From assembly GCF_009914755.1 (NCBI RefSeq), contig NC_060925.1: a stretch of DNA of 64,000 bases; one strand, 5' to 3'. The notes under the pieces were generated by a model. That model was not told the DNA's origin. It made no database searches and was given only the letters and a program-made list of their open reading frames with translations. Of the stretch, positions 1-23,617 are shown one piece after another; the stretch's first letter is position 1, and the number at the start of each line of letters is the position of its first letter. This DNA comes from the human T2T-CHM13v2.0 reference genome, Homo sapiens. Made by a program: the position numbers and the translations under genes.

Positions 1-1382
1 TGTAAAAGCCTCTTAGAGCCCAATTCAGCAAGCTATCCTACCTCTGAGGGTCCCCAGCCCTCAGTACAGACAGACACCTCCTCAGGTCTATTCTACTCTA
101 TGTCATGATGACAGTGGGAAGGGTATGAGGCCTGGATGACTTCTAAGCCCCATCAGCCACAGCCTACCTTGGGCAAGCTATTGAGCCTCTATGAACCTCT
201 TTCTGCACCTGTGAAATAGGGTTGCTAATACCCACCTTGTTGGAGAGGTCACCCACATAACGAATTTACTCAGGGCCTAACTACTATTCAACAGATGGCT
301 ATTTTCCCCTCCTGTCCCCTCTCCTGCCATTTCCTTCCAGATTATATCGTCTTACAGGGCAGAAAAAGAGCCTGAGCATTTATTTACCCACATCCACACC
401 CCCACACAGTCTCACATACATGGGTGCTGTCTGACAAAACATGTGCAATGAATGAGTCAACAACCAGAAGCTCACAGCCGAAATCACTCCATTCATTTTG
501 TCGATTTGTGTGGTGAACAAATGTGTCCTAAGTCTCAAACAGGGGCCGGACCCCATGCTGGGGGCAAAGGATATAAAGGAGAGGGAAACAGGGTCCCTGC
601 CCTCAAGGGGCCCCTGAGCTGTGATGAAAGAGACAAGTCAGTCATGCATTACAGTCCAGTGCCATGACTGGGCCATGGGTTTGGAAAGTCCTGGATTCCT
701 CGTGAAGGGACCTTTGGGATTGCAGAAAGAAGATACCGGACAGAACTGGGAGATCTGGATTCTAGCCTCATTCTGTCACTAGCTTGCTCTGGAAGTGTCT
801 TCAAGTCACTTCCTTAGTTTCCACATCTTAAAATGAGTGCAAGGAAGAGGGGCACCTGTGTGCTGTTCAATGTCCCCTCAGAGACAGACTCTTGGGCAGA
901 GGATTCTGTGGGCCTGGGGCTGCTTTTGTAACACCAGAGCCTCCTGCTCCTGCACACTTACCTTGTGCCCACTTGGGTTTGCCAAGCAGGGACCTTGTTC
1001 CCCACCACCCTCTACCCCTGGCGTTCCCTGAGCAGTTGGGGGGCTCAGCCTCTGGTTTTGCGGTTTCCCTCGAGCTAGCCGTCACAGCAGCTCTGTGTGC
1101 CAGTGAGGGGTCAGGCTTTGAGAGGGTGGTGGGTAAGGGGAAGGTATCACCTTCCAAAGTAACCTCTGAGGGGCAGACTGGTGGCTACTTTGAAGCAGAC
1201 TCTCACCACCACCACTCTGTTTCCAGGAAACCCCCACAGGCTGAGGGAAGGAGGGGCTTTGAAGAAACATAGCCTGGTACAAGGCCTCCTGCACAGAGGA
1301 GGACAGCCTCAGGGCCTGAAGGGCCAGCCAGTTTTGGAGGGGCATCTAGGAGCAGAATGAGGAGGAAGGGGCAGGGTTAGTG

Positions 1383-1413
<31 letters not shown>

Positions 1414-1719
1414 GTTTTGAGACAGGGTCTTGCTCTGTCATCCAGGTTGGAGTACAGTGATGCAATCACAGCATACTGCAACCTCAACCTCCCAGGCTCA
1501 AGCAATCCTCCCACCTCAGCCTCCTGCATAGCTGGGGCTGCAGGTACGTACCACCACTCCCAGCCAAGGTTAGTATTGAGAAGGTCAGGGGATCAGATTC
1601 TCAGAGAGCAGGTTCTGTGTCTTTCCCATCTGACCAGGGGTTCCCCTGGTTGAGTCCTGGTCTCACCTTGAGATGAGGAGGCCCCCACAGGGTGGGCTCT
1701 GTGCCTTCTATTAATATTA

Positions 1720-2343
<624 letters not shown>

Positions 2344-3712
2344 TTAACTCCTCCCAAGGAGAAGCCCTGAAGCTTAAGCTAAATCTACCTCTGTTCCACT
2401 CATTCCTGGAAGACAGGTTTTGAGTTTGATTACTTTGGAAAGGCCTCAGAGGTCTGCTGGCTCTCTGTCCTTGCCTTCTCTTTAAAAAAAAAAAAGTGAT
2501 TACCAGGAAAATTGCGCCTTGGGAAATGGAGGCCCCGGCTGTGTGTGTGCACGTGTGTGTGTGTGTCTGTGTGTGTGTCCACATGCATGCATTCTACAAT
2601 TTAAAGGGTTAAACCTCCAACCAAAGCTGAATCCAGCTGTGCACAGGTTTCTCTGTTCATCCCTCTAAAGGAACCTTGATCTTCTCTGCTTCAAGGTCTG
2701 TATAAATTGTTCCCTCTGCCTGAAACACACTCTCAACACATGCACACACATACAAACGCCCCCCCTTTACCTCTTTTTCACATTTTCTTTGGTCAAGATT
2801 TAGGCATCTGTTAAGTCTCTGTTTCAAAATCAGTTTCTGAGGAAAGCTTTTTTCTGATCTCCTTTCCCTTAAATTAAATCACTATAACTATTTGTTCACT
2901 GTAATCCTGCCCTGCTGGTGCCACAAGGCCTGGAACCTCATTTGTCTGTGTATCTATCTTGTTCATGCCTGTATTTTTCCAGTCTGTGGCATGGTGTCTG
3001 GCACATAGTGGCACTCAAACAACGTTTCAATGTATGAATGAATGAATGAACAACGGAACTTAGTGATGGTGGATGAGGAAAGGGGTCATGTGGGGTAAGG
3101 GTGTCCCCTGCTGGACATTGAGAGTACCCAGGGCATCCTCTCTGAGCTGGGAAGAATGACTCTCGGTCATAAATTTCCTCCCTGAGGGGCAGAGTTGGGG
3201 AACCTCACCTTATGCCCAGACTGCTGATGCATGCCTTCTTCTTACCTCTATCAGCCCCCACACCACTGTCCTCCCAGCCTTCAGAGCATCCGTCCCCACC
3301 CCCAGTGGCCTGACCCACCCTCCCCCACGCTGCAGACCACATCAGCAAGGCTGTGGAGCGCCACAGCGATTTCTGCATCCTCTCCACAATGAATAACCAC
3401 CCCCTCTTAAACCTTTTGCTTTGAATAAGAATAGGCCCAGAGTCCTCCATCGATCCTCTTTCCCCCTCCTCCCAAATCAATCAATCAGTAGTGATTGGCT
3501 GGGACACTGGGGTGGAGGTGGACGAGGACTGGTGGGTGAAGAGCAAGGAAAGTTGGTGGGGTGGTGGTGGGGTAGGTGAGTGTGTTTCTGAAACAGGATC
3601 CCGCTAAAAGTATGGCAGAACAGTGGATTTCTCTGGAGGAGAATAGTTGGTGAGAAGATACCTGGGATGAGGTATTTAGAAAAAGGTGAATGAGAAATTC
3701 CTGACTACTGTC

Positions 3713-4065
<353 letters not shown>

Positions 4066-5259
4066 TAAAGTGTGAGCACAATGGGAGGAGGGGGTTCATA
4101 AAAGATTGGACTAAGAGGAACATGGTGAGGAGCACGGGGGTTCTGTGAGGGGAGTCAGGGCTCAGTGCTAAGGACATGGAGGGAGTAGAGAGGGCAGGAG
4201 GAAGCCTCTTGGCCGAGGGTAAAAAGAAGTGGGTGGGGGTCAAAGAGAGATAGAGGTCACTTCTCTTCCAGTGAGGATGGGAAGAACCAGACCACACCTG
4301 TGACTCTCCATATAGTTCCCATCCCTGGCCCCTCCCCCAGCCATGCCCCAAAATGGGGCTGGGGAAGAGTGACAGTTACTTAATGACTCTGAGTCCCACT
4401 AGCTCTTCTGGGCAGCCTATGGTCACTGGGGGGCCAAAGGGGACTGAAGCCAAAGTCCAAGTTATTGATCTCTGGCCCCAAAGGTCAGCTTCAGGGGCAG
4501 AGGGAGTGGTGTTGCCATGGTGGGAGACTCGAGGGACCCCACAACAGAGGGGCTGTGCTGCAGCCCAGTTTTCACGTCTGCATCCTTAGTGCCCCATGAT
4601 CCTATACACACACACACACACACACTCCCACACCCCTCTATCCTGTCTTGCTTGAAATTTCTGCCTGATGGGATGTCTCAGAATAGACTCTTGGGTGTCT
4701 AGCCTTTGGGGTGTCTAGGGAGTATAAAAGGAGAGCCTTAGATGGAATTATTTATTTACTACTACCCCCGTCCCCAAGACAAAGCCCTGGGAGTCCATGA
4801 ACTCTTTGGTGAATCCCATTAAAAAAAACACCAATCTGGTTGTCAGGAAGAAAGGATGGCAACAATTTTTGCTGTGTAGCCTTGACAAAGCATTTACCTT
4901 CTATGAGTCTTAGTTCCCTTATCTATAAATGAAGGGATTGAATCAGATGAGCTCTAAGTTCCTTTCCGGATAAGTGACCTAAGATTCTGAGGAATTAGAG
5001 GGGACAGGCCTGACAGCAGGGGTTAGGAGTAAGAACTAGGTTAGGTTCGGGAGATGGTAAAAACAAATTCTTGGACTTGGAAATAAAATCTGCATTCTAA
5101 TTTTGGCCATTATTAACTGTGGAAACTGGGGCAAGTCATGCATTTATTAATTCAACAAACATTTAATAAGCAATTACGTTATCCCAAGCTTTGTGCTGCA
5201 TACTGACACAATGAACAAAACATAGTCCCTGGCTTATGGGGTTTACATTGTAGTGGTCA

Positions 5260-6122
<863 letters not shown>

Positions 6123-6694
6123 TTAATAGTGATCAGCAAAGTGAAAGTAAGGGAAATGGTGCTTCAGGCAGAGGGGTAATCATGGAGAAACCCTAAGGAG
6201 AAAGAGAATCAAGCTATTGGAGGCCCTAGAGCATGCATTGTGACAGAAGTGAGAAGGGGAAGGACAAGGAGTACAGTTGGCAGTAAGACTGGTACTGGGG
6301 GCAGAGATCTGCCTCCTCTGCAAAAATGCGATAACAATGTGCCCACCTAATCTCCCTCTTTTTCTGGCCGCCTTGTTTTCCAGGGTCTAGTGATATAATG
6401 AATGGGAAAATACTTTGTGGTCTGAAAAGCACTGTACAAAGTAGTACACAGACACTAGAAAAGAGCTGTGGATCACTGAGGATCAAGCTGGGTAAATCTG
6501 GCTTTGGGCTAACTTCCAGAAAAACAGTGGAAAATTAACCAAGATTGAGACATTGAGCCTTTAAAAACCTTAGGTCACAAAACTAGAGAAGATGAGGACT
6601 GGAGTTTGAACATAAAACATGACCCCAGAGTCTTTGCAAAAGAGGAAGGGGACTTGTTCTAAGGACCCCAGTGGATAGAAGCTATAGAGACTAG

Positions 6695-7807
<1,113 letters not shown>

Positions 7808-7998
7808 AAGTCCGGCATGGTTTATGTAGAGTTTGGTGTCATCTCAGATGCCATTGCTGAAATGCAGTGTGCCCTAGTGGTTAGGAGCATGAACTGCAGC
7901 ATGGGACTGACCTGGATGGGTCACTTCCTGTCAGTTACCATGAGCAAATTGTTTAATCTCTGAGACTCTGCTTTCTCATTTTAAAAATGGAGACAATA

Positions 7999-8655
<657 letters not shown>

Positions 8656-8746
8656 TCAGGAAGTTTTGCGGGGGGATTACATGAGCTAAGGTAGGGCCTA
8701 GGTTCAATGTCTGTCACATAGTAGGCACTCATACATTTTAGCTATT

Positions 8747-9298
<552 letters not shown>

Positions 9299-9466
9299 AT
9301 ATTTTATTGTTGTCACTTGCTGGGGAAATTTGAAGAAGTTATTCAAACACTCTGAACTTCAGTTTTCTCTCCTGTTAAATGGGGAGAGTAACACCTAACT
9401 CACAAGATAGTTGGAGGAAGCTGTGTCCAACACATAGCAGAAGTTGGCAGATGTTATTTTCTATAC

Positions 9467-10094
9467 TATTTATTTATTTGAGACAGGGTCTCTCTTTGTC
9501 ACCCAGGCTGGAGTGCAGTGGCGCCATCTCAGCTCACTGCAACCTTTACCCCCCTGGGCTCAAGAGATCCTCCCACCTCAGCCTCCCGAGTAGCAGGGAC
9601 TATAGGCATGTGCCACCACACCTGGCTGATTTTTTAATTTTTTGTAAAGACAAGGTTTCACCATCTTGCCCAGGCTGGTCTCAAACTCCTGGGCTCAAGT
9701 GATCTGCCTGCCTGGGCCTCCCAAAGTGTTGGGATTTCAGGCATGAGCCACTGTAGCCAGCCCACAAATGTTATTTTCTCTTTTTTTTCTTTTCTTTTTT
9801 TTTTTTTTTTGAGACAGAGTCTCGCTCTGTGGCCCAGGCTGGAGTGCAGTGGCGCAATCTCAGCTCACTTCAAGCTCCGCCTCCTGGGTTCACGCCATTC
9901 TCCTGCCTCAGCCTCCCAAGTAGCTGAGATTACAGGTGCCTGCCACCACACCCGGCTAAGTTTTTTTGTGTCTATTTTAAGTAGAGACGAGGTTTCACCG
10001 TGTTAGTCAGGATGGTCCTGATCTGACCTCATGATCTGCCCTTCTTGGCCTCCCAAAGTGCCGGGATTACAGGTGTGAGCCACCGTGCCCAGCC
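9467..10094 (-). mobile_element. Two tandem antisense Alus (AluJ-like, then younger)
   Basis: Target atgttattttc seen at ~9451, ~9768 and ~10099. Confidence 0.85.
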
Positions 10095-10139
10095 ACAAAT
10101 GTTATTTTCAATCCTTACTCTAAAAGAAGAAAGTATGGG

Positions 10140-10300
10140 GGTGTGGGGGGCAGGGGGAGGGATAGCATTAAGAGAAATACCTAATGTAAATGACGAGTTG
10201 ATGGGTGCAGCAAACCAACATGGCACATGTATACCTATGTAACAAATCTGCACGTTGTGCACATGTACCCTAGAACTTAAAGTATAATAAAAAATTTAAA
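10140..10300 (+). mobile_element. 5'-truncated L1PA 3' end (~160 bp) with 18-bp TSD
   Basis: gggggagggatagcatta...tgtaccctagaacttaaagtataataaaaa is the L1PA 3'UTR; TSD aaaagaagaaag(t/g)atggg at 10122-10139 and 10301-10318. Confidence 0.92.
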
Positions 10301-10688
10301 AAAAGAAGAAAGGATGGGAATCAGGGGTACTTCTACACCTTTTGTCCTATTCTCCATCTGTAAACGTCGCAAAAGCAGTGAGCACCAAGAGAGTGTAGAG
10401 ATCATATATCCATTCTTCCATTTGACAGATGGGAAACTGACACCCAGAGAGGAAGAGATTTGCTCAAGGCCCCACACAGTGAGTTAGTGACAAAGCTGGG
10501 ATTGGAAACCAGAACTTTCTTACCATACCATACCATTCTATCTCTATTATTGACAAAATGTTGAATGAATGTATCATTGAAGATTGAATGAATGAAGTGA
10601 AGGTCTCTATATATGTTCCCAGGGACGTGGAGGATTTGCTGATGTGAGAACCAAACTTTGCAGCAGTTGTTCCTCAGGCAAGCTGTTC

Positions 10689-12286
<1,598 letters not shown>

Positions 12287-12825
12287 CACAAGCTGTTCTT
12301 TTAAGCCTCCCTGCTTTTGTTTCAACTGTTCCTTTATTCTGGAATGCCCTGCCCACTCTGGCTTTCAAAATCGTATACAAGTTCTAACCCAATGCCACCT
12401 CATCTATAAAGCCTCCCATAACATCCCATATGTTAGCTTTCACTGATTCCATTGTATGCTGTTATGTCCCAGCCACAATCTGATGCATTTGTCTAGTTAT
12501 ATGTCTGTCTTGTCCACTAGTTTTCTCCCCACCAAACAGACAGGGGAGAGATGTGAATTTTTTAATTTTTAATTTTATTATTATTATTTTATAGAGACAA
12601 GGTCTCCCTGTGTTGCCTAGGCTGGTCTTGGACTCCTAGGCTCAAGGGATCCTCCTGCCTCATCCTCCCAAAGTGCTAGGATTACAGGCGTGAGCCACCA
12701 CGCCCCACCAGAAATGTCAGTTTGAACCTATATACTCTGATTGAAAGGAATATACAAGGAGGCCAGAAACCTAGTTATTGTTATTTACTAGCTATGGGAA
12801 CTTGAACAAGTTACTTGGATTTTAG

Positions 12826-13704
<879 letters not shown>

Positions 13705-13739
13705 ACCTAAACCTCTTTTAATGGAAGTGTAGATTATTG

Positions 13740-13970
13740 ACTCTGAATGCTCATTCTAGAGTCAACCTACCAGACTTTGAATCCTGACTGTCACTTACTC
13801 TGTGAGTTTGAGTAAGCTACTTAACCCCTCTGTGCCTGTAAAATGAGAATAATAACCATGCCTGTCTCATAAGAGTTGTCAGGATTCGAACAGATAATTT
13901 ATATATAAAGCACTTAGCACAGTACCTGGTGCACATGGTGAGCCTTTGAAAAGAGTAAGCTACCATTATT
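13740..13970 (+). mobile_element. MIR
   Basis: tttgaatcctgactgtcacttact...tacttaacccctctgtgcc...tgtaaaatgagaataata...aagcacttagcacagtacctgg is typical MIR. Confidence 0.7.
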
Positions 13971-14393
13971 TTTTATTATTTTTATTCTACTAACTCTGGG
14001 TTCACAGCTCCAACTTTAATGTCCTCAAAGCAATGTGAGAGTCTGTCTTCATTCTAGGAGGGGCCTGCAGAGCAGAGTGATAAAGAGCATGGATCTGAAA
14101 CCAGCCAAAAGTAGGAGCAAAATAACAACATGCTCAGACATGTGGGATCCAGGAAATTGCACTCCCATTCACCCTTTCCTGGGCAGTTACTTGAAGATGT
14201 GCTTCTCAAGTGTGAAAAAAAGAAGTATGTTGACATGAGATCCAGAAAACACCGTCCCCAACCTGGAGACGGAAAGCAGTGAGAAGGAACCCCTAAGGTG
14301 ACCGCTGGAAGCAGGCCAGAATGGAGGGGGCTCTGGGAAAAAGGACTTAATGTAAAAGATAATATGATGGAGGCTTTGAAAACAACTAAGGGA

Positions 14394-15350
<957 letters not shown>

Positions 15351-16462
15351 TTTCTTAAAAAGTGAAGAAGAATATTGGAGTGAGTTCCACCTGGGATCCA
15401 CCCCTTATGTTCCGTAAGTTGAGACAAGTCACTTAACTTCAGTAAGTCTCGGTTTCCTCTCCAGTAAAGTGGGGACCATATTAGGATGTTTGAGGACTGA
15501 AAGGGACAATACACACAAAGCATTTGATGTATGCCTGGTGTATAATCAGCACACAATAAACAGTAACTGCAGAATCAGGGAAGAATAGGTTCAAGGTTCA
15601 GACTAAAGTAGCATTGAGAAATGAAAGCTTTTGGATACACCTGCCTCCTGCCTCCATGGCATATGACAATCATTGGATACAAACAAACGGGCACCAGGTG
15701 AATGACAGTTGTGTGGGTTGTGACCCACAAACCAGACTTGGGGATTGCTGGAAGGATCAGCAGCCATGAGGAAATCACAGTTGGGTGTCATGAGTTCCAC
15801 TGCAAGAGGACGCCTGGAGAGTTACAGTTCCTGGACAGTGAGCTATAGCAGGATCATCATTTTCTCTTCCTGCCTATGCCTTGTGGGGGATGTGTCAAAA
15901 GAAAAAGATTTAGAGGCTGTCAGGGTGAGGGTCGGAGGTCAGCTGGGGTCAGGAAGTCTATTTCACTGAGGTCACTCTCGTCTCCTTTCAATCTAATGAA
16001 GCCATTATTGGTGAAAGCAAGTGCCTGGCATCCTGCTCTGTGAAGCAGGGCCAGCACGGGGAGCACACTGAAAGAAGGGTGGGACCCCCTTGGCTTGTTC
16101 TCCTGCCACTGCCAACTCAATAGGCCTGAGAAGGAAGAGGCACACGATCCTGCTCGATGCAGGAAGCCCTAGTCCCTGAGTGGGATGAGGATGACAGCAT
16201 GGGGCAAAAACAGATTGTTTCTCTGTGTAATAGGAATGGGGGAATGGGAGATCTCTCTCTCTCTCTCTCTCTCTCACAGACACGCACACACACACACACA
16301 CTCTGTCTCTCTCACACACACTTATACAGATCATATCATCTAAAAATGTCAATGTCAGAACTGGAAAAAACATTTGTCTAACAACAAATCTAACTCTCAT
16401 TTTACCCTCAAAGGTACAACTGGGCGCTTTTCTTGAGATCACAGAGCAAATTAGGAGGCTGG

Positions 16463-19790
<3,328 letters not shown>

Positions 19791-19954
19791 AGAGATTAGT
19801 TTTTCTTCTACTTTGGTCTTCTTTGACTCAAAAAATATTATCTCTTCTTTCCTAACCCTTTACAGCCATATTATGGGAAGTAGGTTTCCCATTTTTCTGA
19901 AGAGGAGTTTGAGATACCTGCATCTCTCTCACAAAATCATATACTACTGGGAAT

Positions 19955-20668
<714 letters not shown>

Positions 20669-20721
20669 TCAAGAAGTTATTCTCAAAACTGTGAGCTGGG
20701 AATCAAGACAGCGTGACTCAA

Positions 20722-20772
20722 TTCAGCACCGTGGACAGAGCTGCTGGAGCCCTCAGGACCCTGGACAGAGAA
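20722..20772 (+). promoter_or_regulatory. Tandem RE1/NRSE (REST) sites ~2.1 kb upstream of LIN28A
   Basis: TTCAGCACCGTGGACAGAGCT (20722-20742) and CTCAGGACCCTGGACAGAGAA (20752-20772) versus consensus TTCAGCACCACGGACAGCGCC. Confidence 0.85.
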
Positions 20773-21312
20773 GCAGGCCGCGCATTCCCGGGGAACCGAA
20801 TTCGCATCACTTGAGAACCCACCTAGAGAAGCCAGAGCGTTCAACTCCCCTTTCCCTCCCTTTTCTTCAGCCAGACCTCAGCCACTTGCTCCTGAGTCTT
20901 AGGAACAGAGGTACACGGAGCGAATATATTTTAAGGGCGCCACTAACAGCGGGAGATAAGACTTTTGGGAGAGGAGAATTATGTAAATAAAAATGGCTTT
21001 GGCTGATGTACTAGGAGAACTCTTGATAATTCTAAATTAGAGTCCTCAGATGGGAGTGGGGCACTGCTAATAATATTTGTTAACGATATGTATTTTTTAG
21101 GCGGAGCAGCAAAGGGCCACTCTTGTCCTTTTTACCCCACGAAGTCCCACCTCCCATTCCTTACGCTCAAGTTTTCATTTCTTGGAGAGCACCCCGTAGG
21201 AGAGAAAGGGAAATAACTTCTGCAGTCTCTTGCTTTCCTCCCCATCTTCCCCTTCCCTACCCCCACTCATCCGGTCTCTCTGAAATACACATGTGCCCAC
21301 ATCCGCGCGTGC

Positions 21313-21343
<31 letters not shown>

Positions 21344-22403
21344 GAGCCACAGCGTGAGAATTCCAAAAGGTTCTGCACACTCGGTGGAGAAGATTGAATT
21401 CAGAGCAAGCGGATGCCCCCGAAAGCAGGCTCTGTCCCTTTAAATGGGTTGTAGTGGTGGGGGAGGGGAACTGGCCGGAGCTGGCATTGTCCAGTTTGAA
21501 CTGAACACCGGAAGTGAAGGGGCAGGGCCAGGGCCGTGCACTGAGCCCCGGGCCATTGTCCATCTCCGACCAGGGCAGTAGCCACCCCCACTAGCCAGCC
21601 GTCTTTATCTCCTAGAAGGGGAGGTTACCTCTTCAAATGAGGAGGCCCCCCAGTCCTGTTCCTCCACCAGCCCCACTACGGAATGGGAGCGCATTTTAGG
21701 GTGGTTACTCTGAAACAAGGAGGGCCTAGGAATCTAAGAGTGTGAAGAGTAGAGAGGAAGTACCTCTACCCACCAGCCCACCCAGTCCCTCTCTCAGCAG
21801 TGGATGGGGATGGGGTGGGGGTAGGACGAGAAGGCAGCTGGTGGAGAAACAGCTTCAAGACTCTTTGGGTTCCTCCTGCTCTCCAGGGAGCTTACCTGGG
21901 GCTAACTTTAGACACACAGGTTTGGAGGGAGGAAAGAAGGAAGAATTCTTTACAACGAATCAATTAAGAGCACTTTCTCTTTTCTAACTGGGGGAGGCCC
22001 AGAAAAACTCTGAGTCAGAAACTCTGGGAGGCAGACATTCAGATGTAGTCAGAGGCAGACAGACTTTGGAAGGCAGCGCTTTGGTCAGGACAGATCAGCC
22101 CTGTGTGTCCCCAGCCTCTCCCCTGCTCCCCCATCCCGGGCTTCCCAGTGTCCAGAACTCCAGGTCTATCTAAGCACACGGGGGTGGGGGGTGAGAGCGG
22201 GTCAGCTCCAAGCAGCCGGGTCAGCTCAGAGGCCTGAGGGGGAAGAGAGGGGGAGGGGAGCTCAAGGGCTGGGGGAGGGGGAGGGCCCATTCATTTCTCC
22301 CTTGACAGGTGGTTTGTGTTTCTGATTGGCCAGCGCCGCCAGGCTCACACCTCCCTCCCCCAACTCTCTGGAATGTATAATTATCTGCCCGGGGGGTGGG
22401 GGT

Positions 22404-22404
<1 letters not shown>

Positions 22405-22450
<46 letters not shown>
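22405..22450. repeat. (GT)23 microsatellite in LIN28A promoter
   Basis: Uninterrupted GT run of 46 bp. Confidence 0.97.
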
Positions 22451-22455
<5 letters not shown>

Positions 22456-22926
22456 CACGTGGTTTTAAAACTACCCCCCCCACCAGGTCCCCCACCTGTA
22501 TCTGCTTTGGGGACCCCTACTGAGTCCAAAGTGCAGGATCTCAAATTCCGGGGTACTCAAGTCTTCTAGGGCAGACAGACCCATCTCCAGTTGTGCGTGT
22601 GGGGAGGGGGTGTCAAACCTCAAGGTTCTGAGAAGGGACACCCCAGAGGTGTCAGAGACCGGAGTTGTGGGGGAGGGCCGGAGCTGAAGCCGGAGGGAAA
22701 GGGAGGGGAAAGGAGAGGGAGGGGAGGGGAGGGGGCTGCCCGCGGGGGGTTGGGTCATTGTCTTTTAGAATTTGGGAGCCTTTGAAAAGCCGTGGGCCCT
22801 CCCACCGCTATTGTGCGGGGGAAGATGTAGCAGCTTCTTCTCCGAACCAACCCTTTGCCTTCGGACTTCTCCGGGGCCAGCAGCCGCCCGACCAGGGGCC
22901 CGGGGCCACGGGCTCAGCCGACGACC

Positions 22927-22957
22927 ATGGGCTCCGTGTCCAACCAGCAGTTTGCAG
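22927..22957 (+). CDS. LIN28A: LIN28A coding exon 1 (MGSVSNQQFA+G, 31 nt)
   Basis: ACCATGG strong Kozak, ATG at 22927; donor CAG|GTTCGA at 22958; phase fits exon 2. Confidence 0.97.
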
Positions 22958-23420
22958 GTTCGAGCTCGGGACTTAGCGGGGACACTTTAGGATTCAGGGG
23001 CGGCCAGGAGCCACGTAGAAGGGAGGTGGGGAACTGAGTCCTAGGCTGCCCAAAGGACCCCAAGACGGTGCGGCCTTCTGCTTCATAGGGCCGTCTCTGG
23101 GGCCAGGAACCTTGGTGTCCCAGTGGCGTGCGCGCCAGACTACGTGGGTGGATGGAGAGGAGAGGCTTGTCCCGCCGTGAGTCTCTGGGAAACGCGTTGT
23201 GGGAAGAGGAGCAAAACTTTCGGGGCACTACTGTCCCGGTGTACGCTAGGGGAACGCGGGAGGCGACCGGGATAGGTTTCTTCTCTTCTGTTGCTTGGTA
23301 GCTGCCCCCTCCTGGCTGTCCACTTGTGGGGCTGGATACTCGGGTCTCCCTGCCTGGGGCCCGAGACGGCCCTCCGATTCCGTGCCCCCCAGCTAAGTGC
23401 CCGGCCCTCCCTCTCTCCAG

Positions 23421-23617
23421 GTGGCTGCGCCAAGGCGGCAGAAGAGGCGCCCGAGGAGGCGCCGGAGGACGCGGCCCGGGCGGCGGACGAGCCTCAGCTG
23501 CTGCACGGTGCGGGCATCTGTAAGTGGTTCAACGTGCGCATGGGGTTCGGCTTCCTGTCCATGACCGCCCGCGCCGGGGTCGCGCTCGACCCCCCAGTGG
23601 ATGTCTTTGTGCACCAG
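23421..23617 (+). CDS. LIN28A: LIN28A coding exon 2 (197 nt; N-half of cold-shock domain)
   Basis: Acceptor ctctctccag|GT; encodes GICKWFNVRMGFGF (RNP1) and DVFVHQ (RNP2); donor CAG|GTGAGA. Confidence 0.98.
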
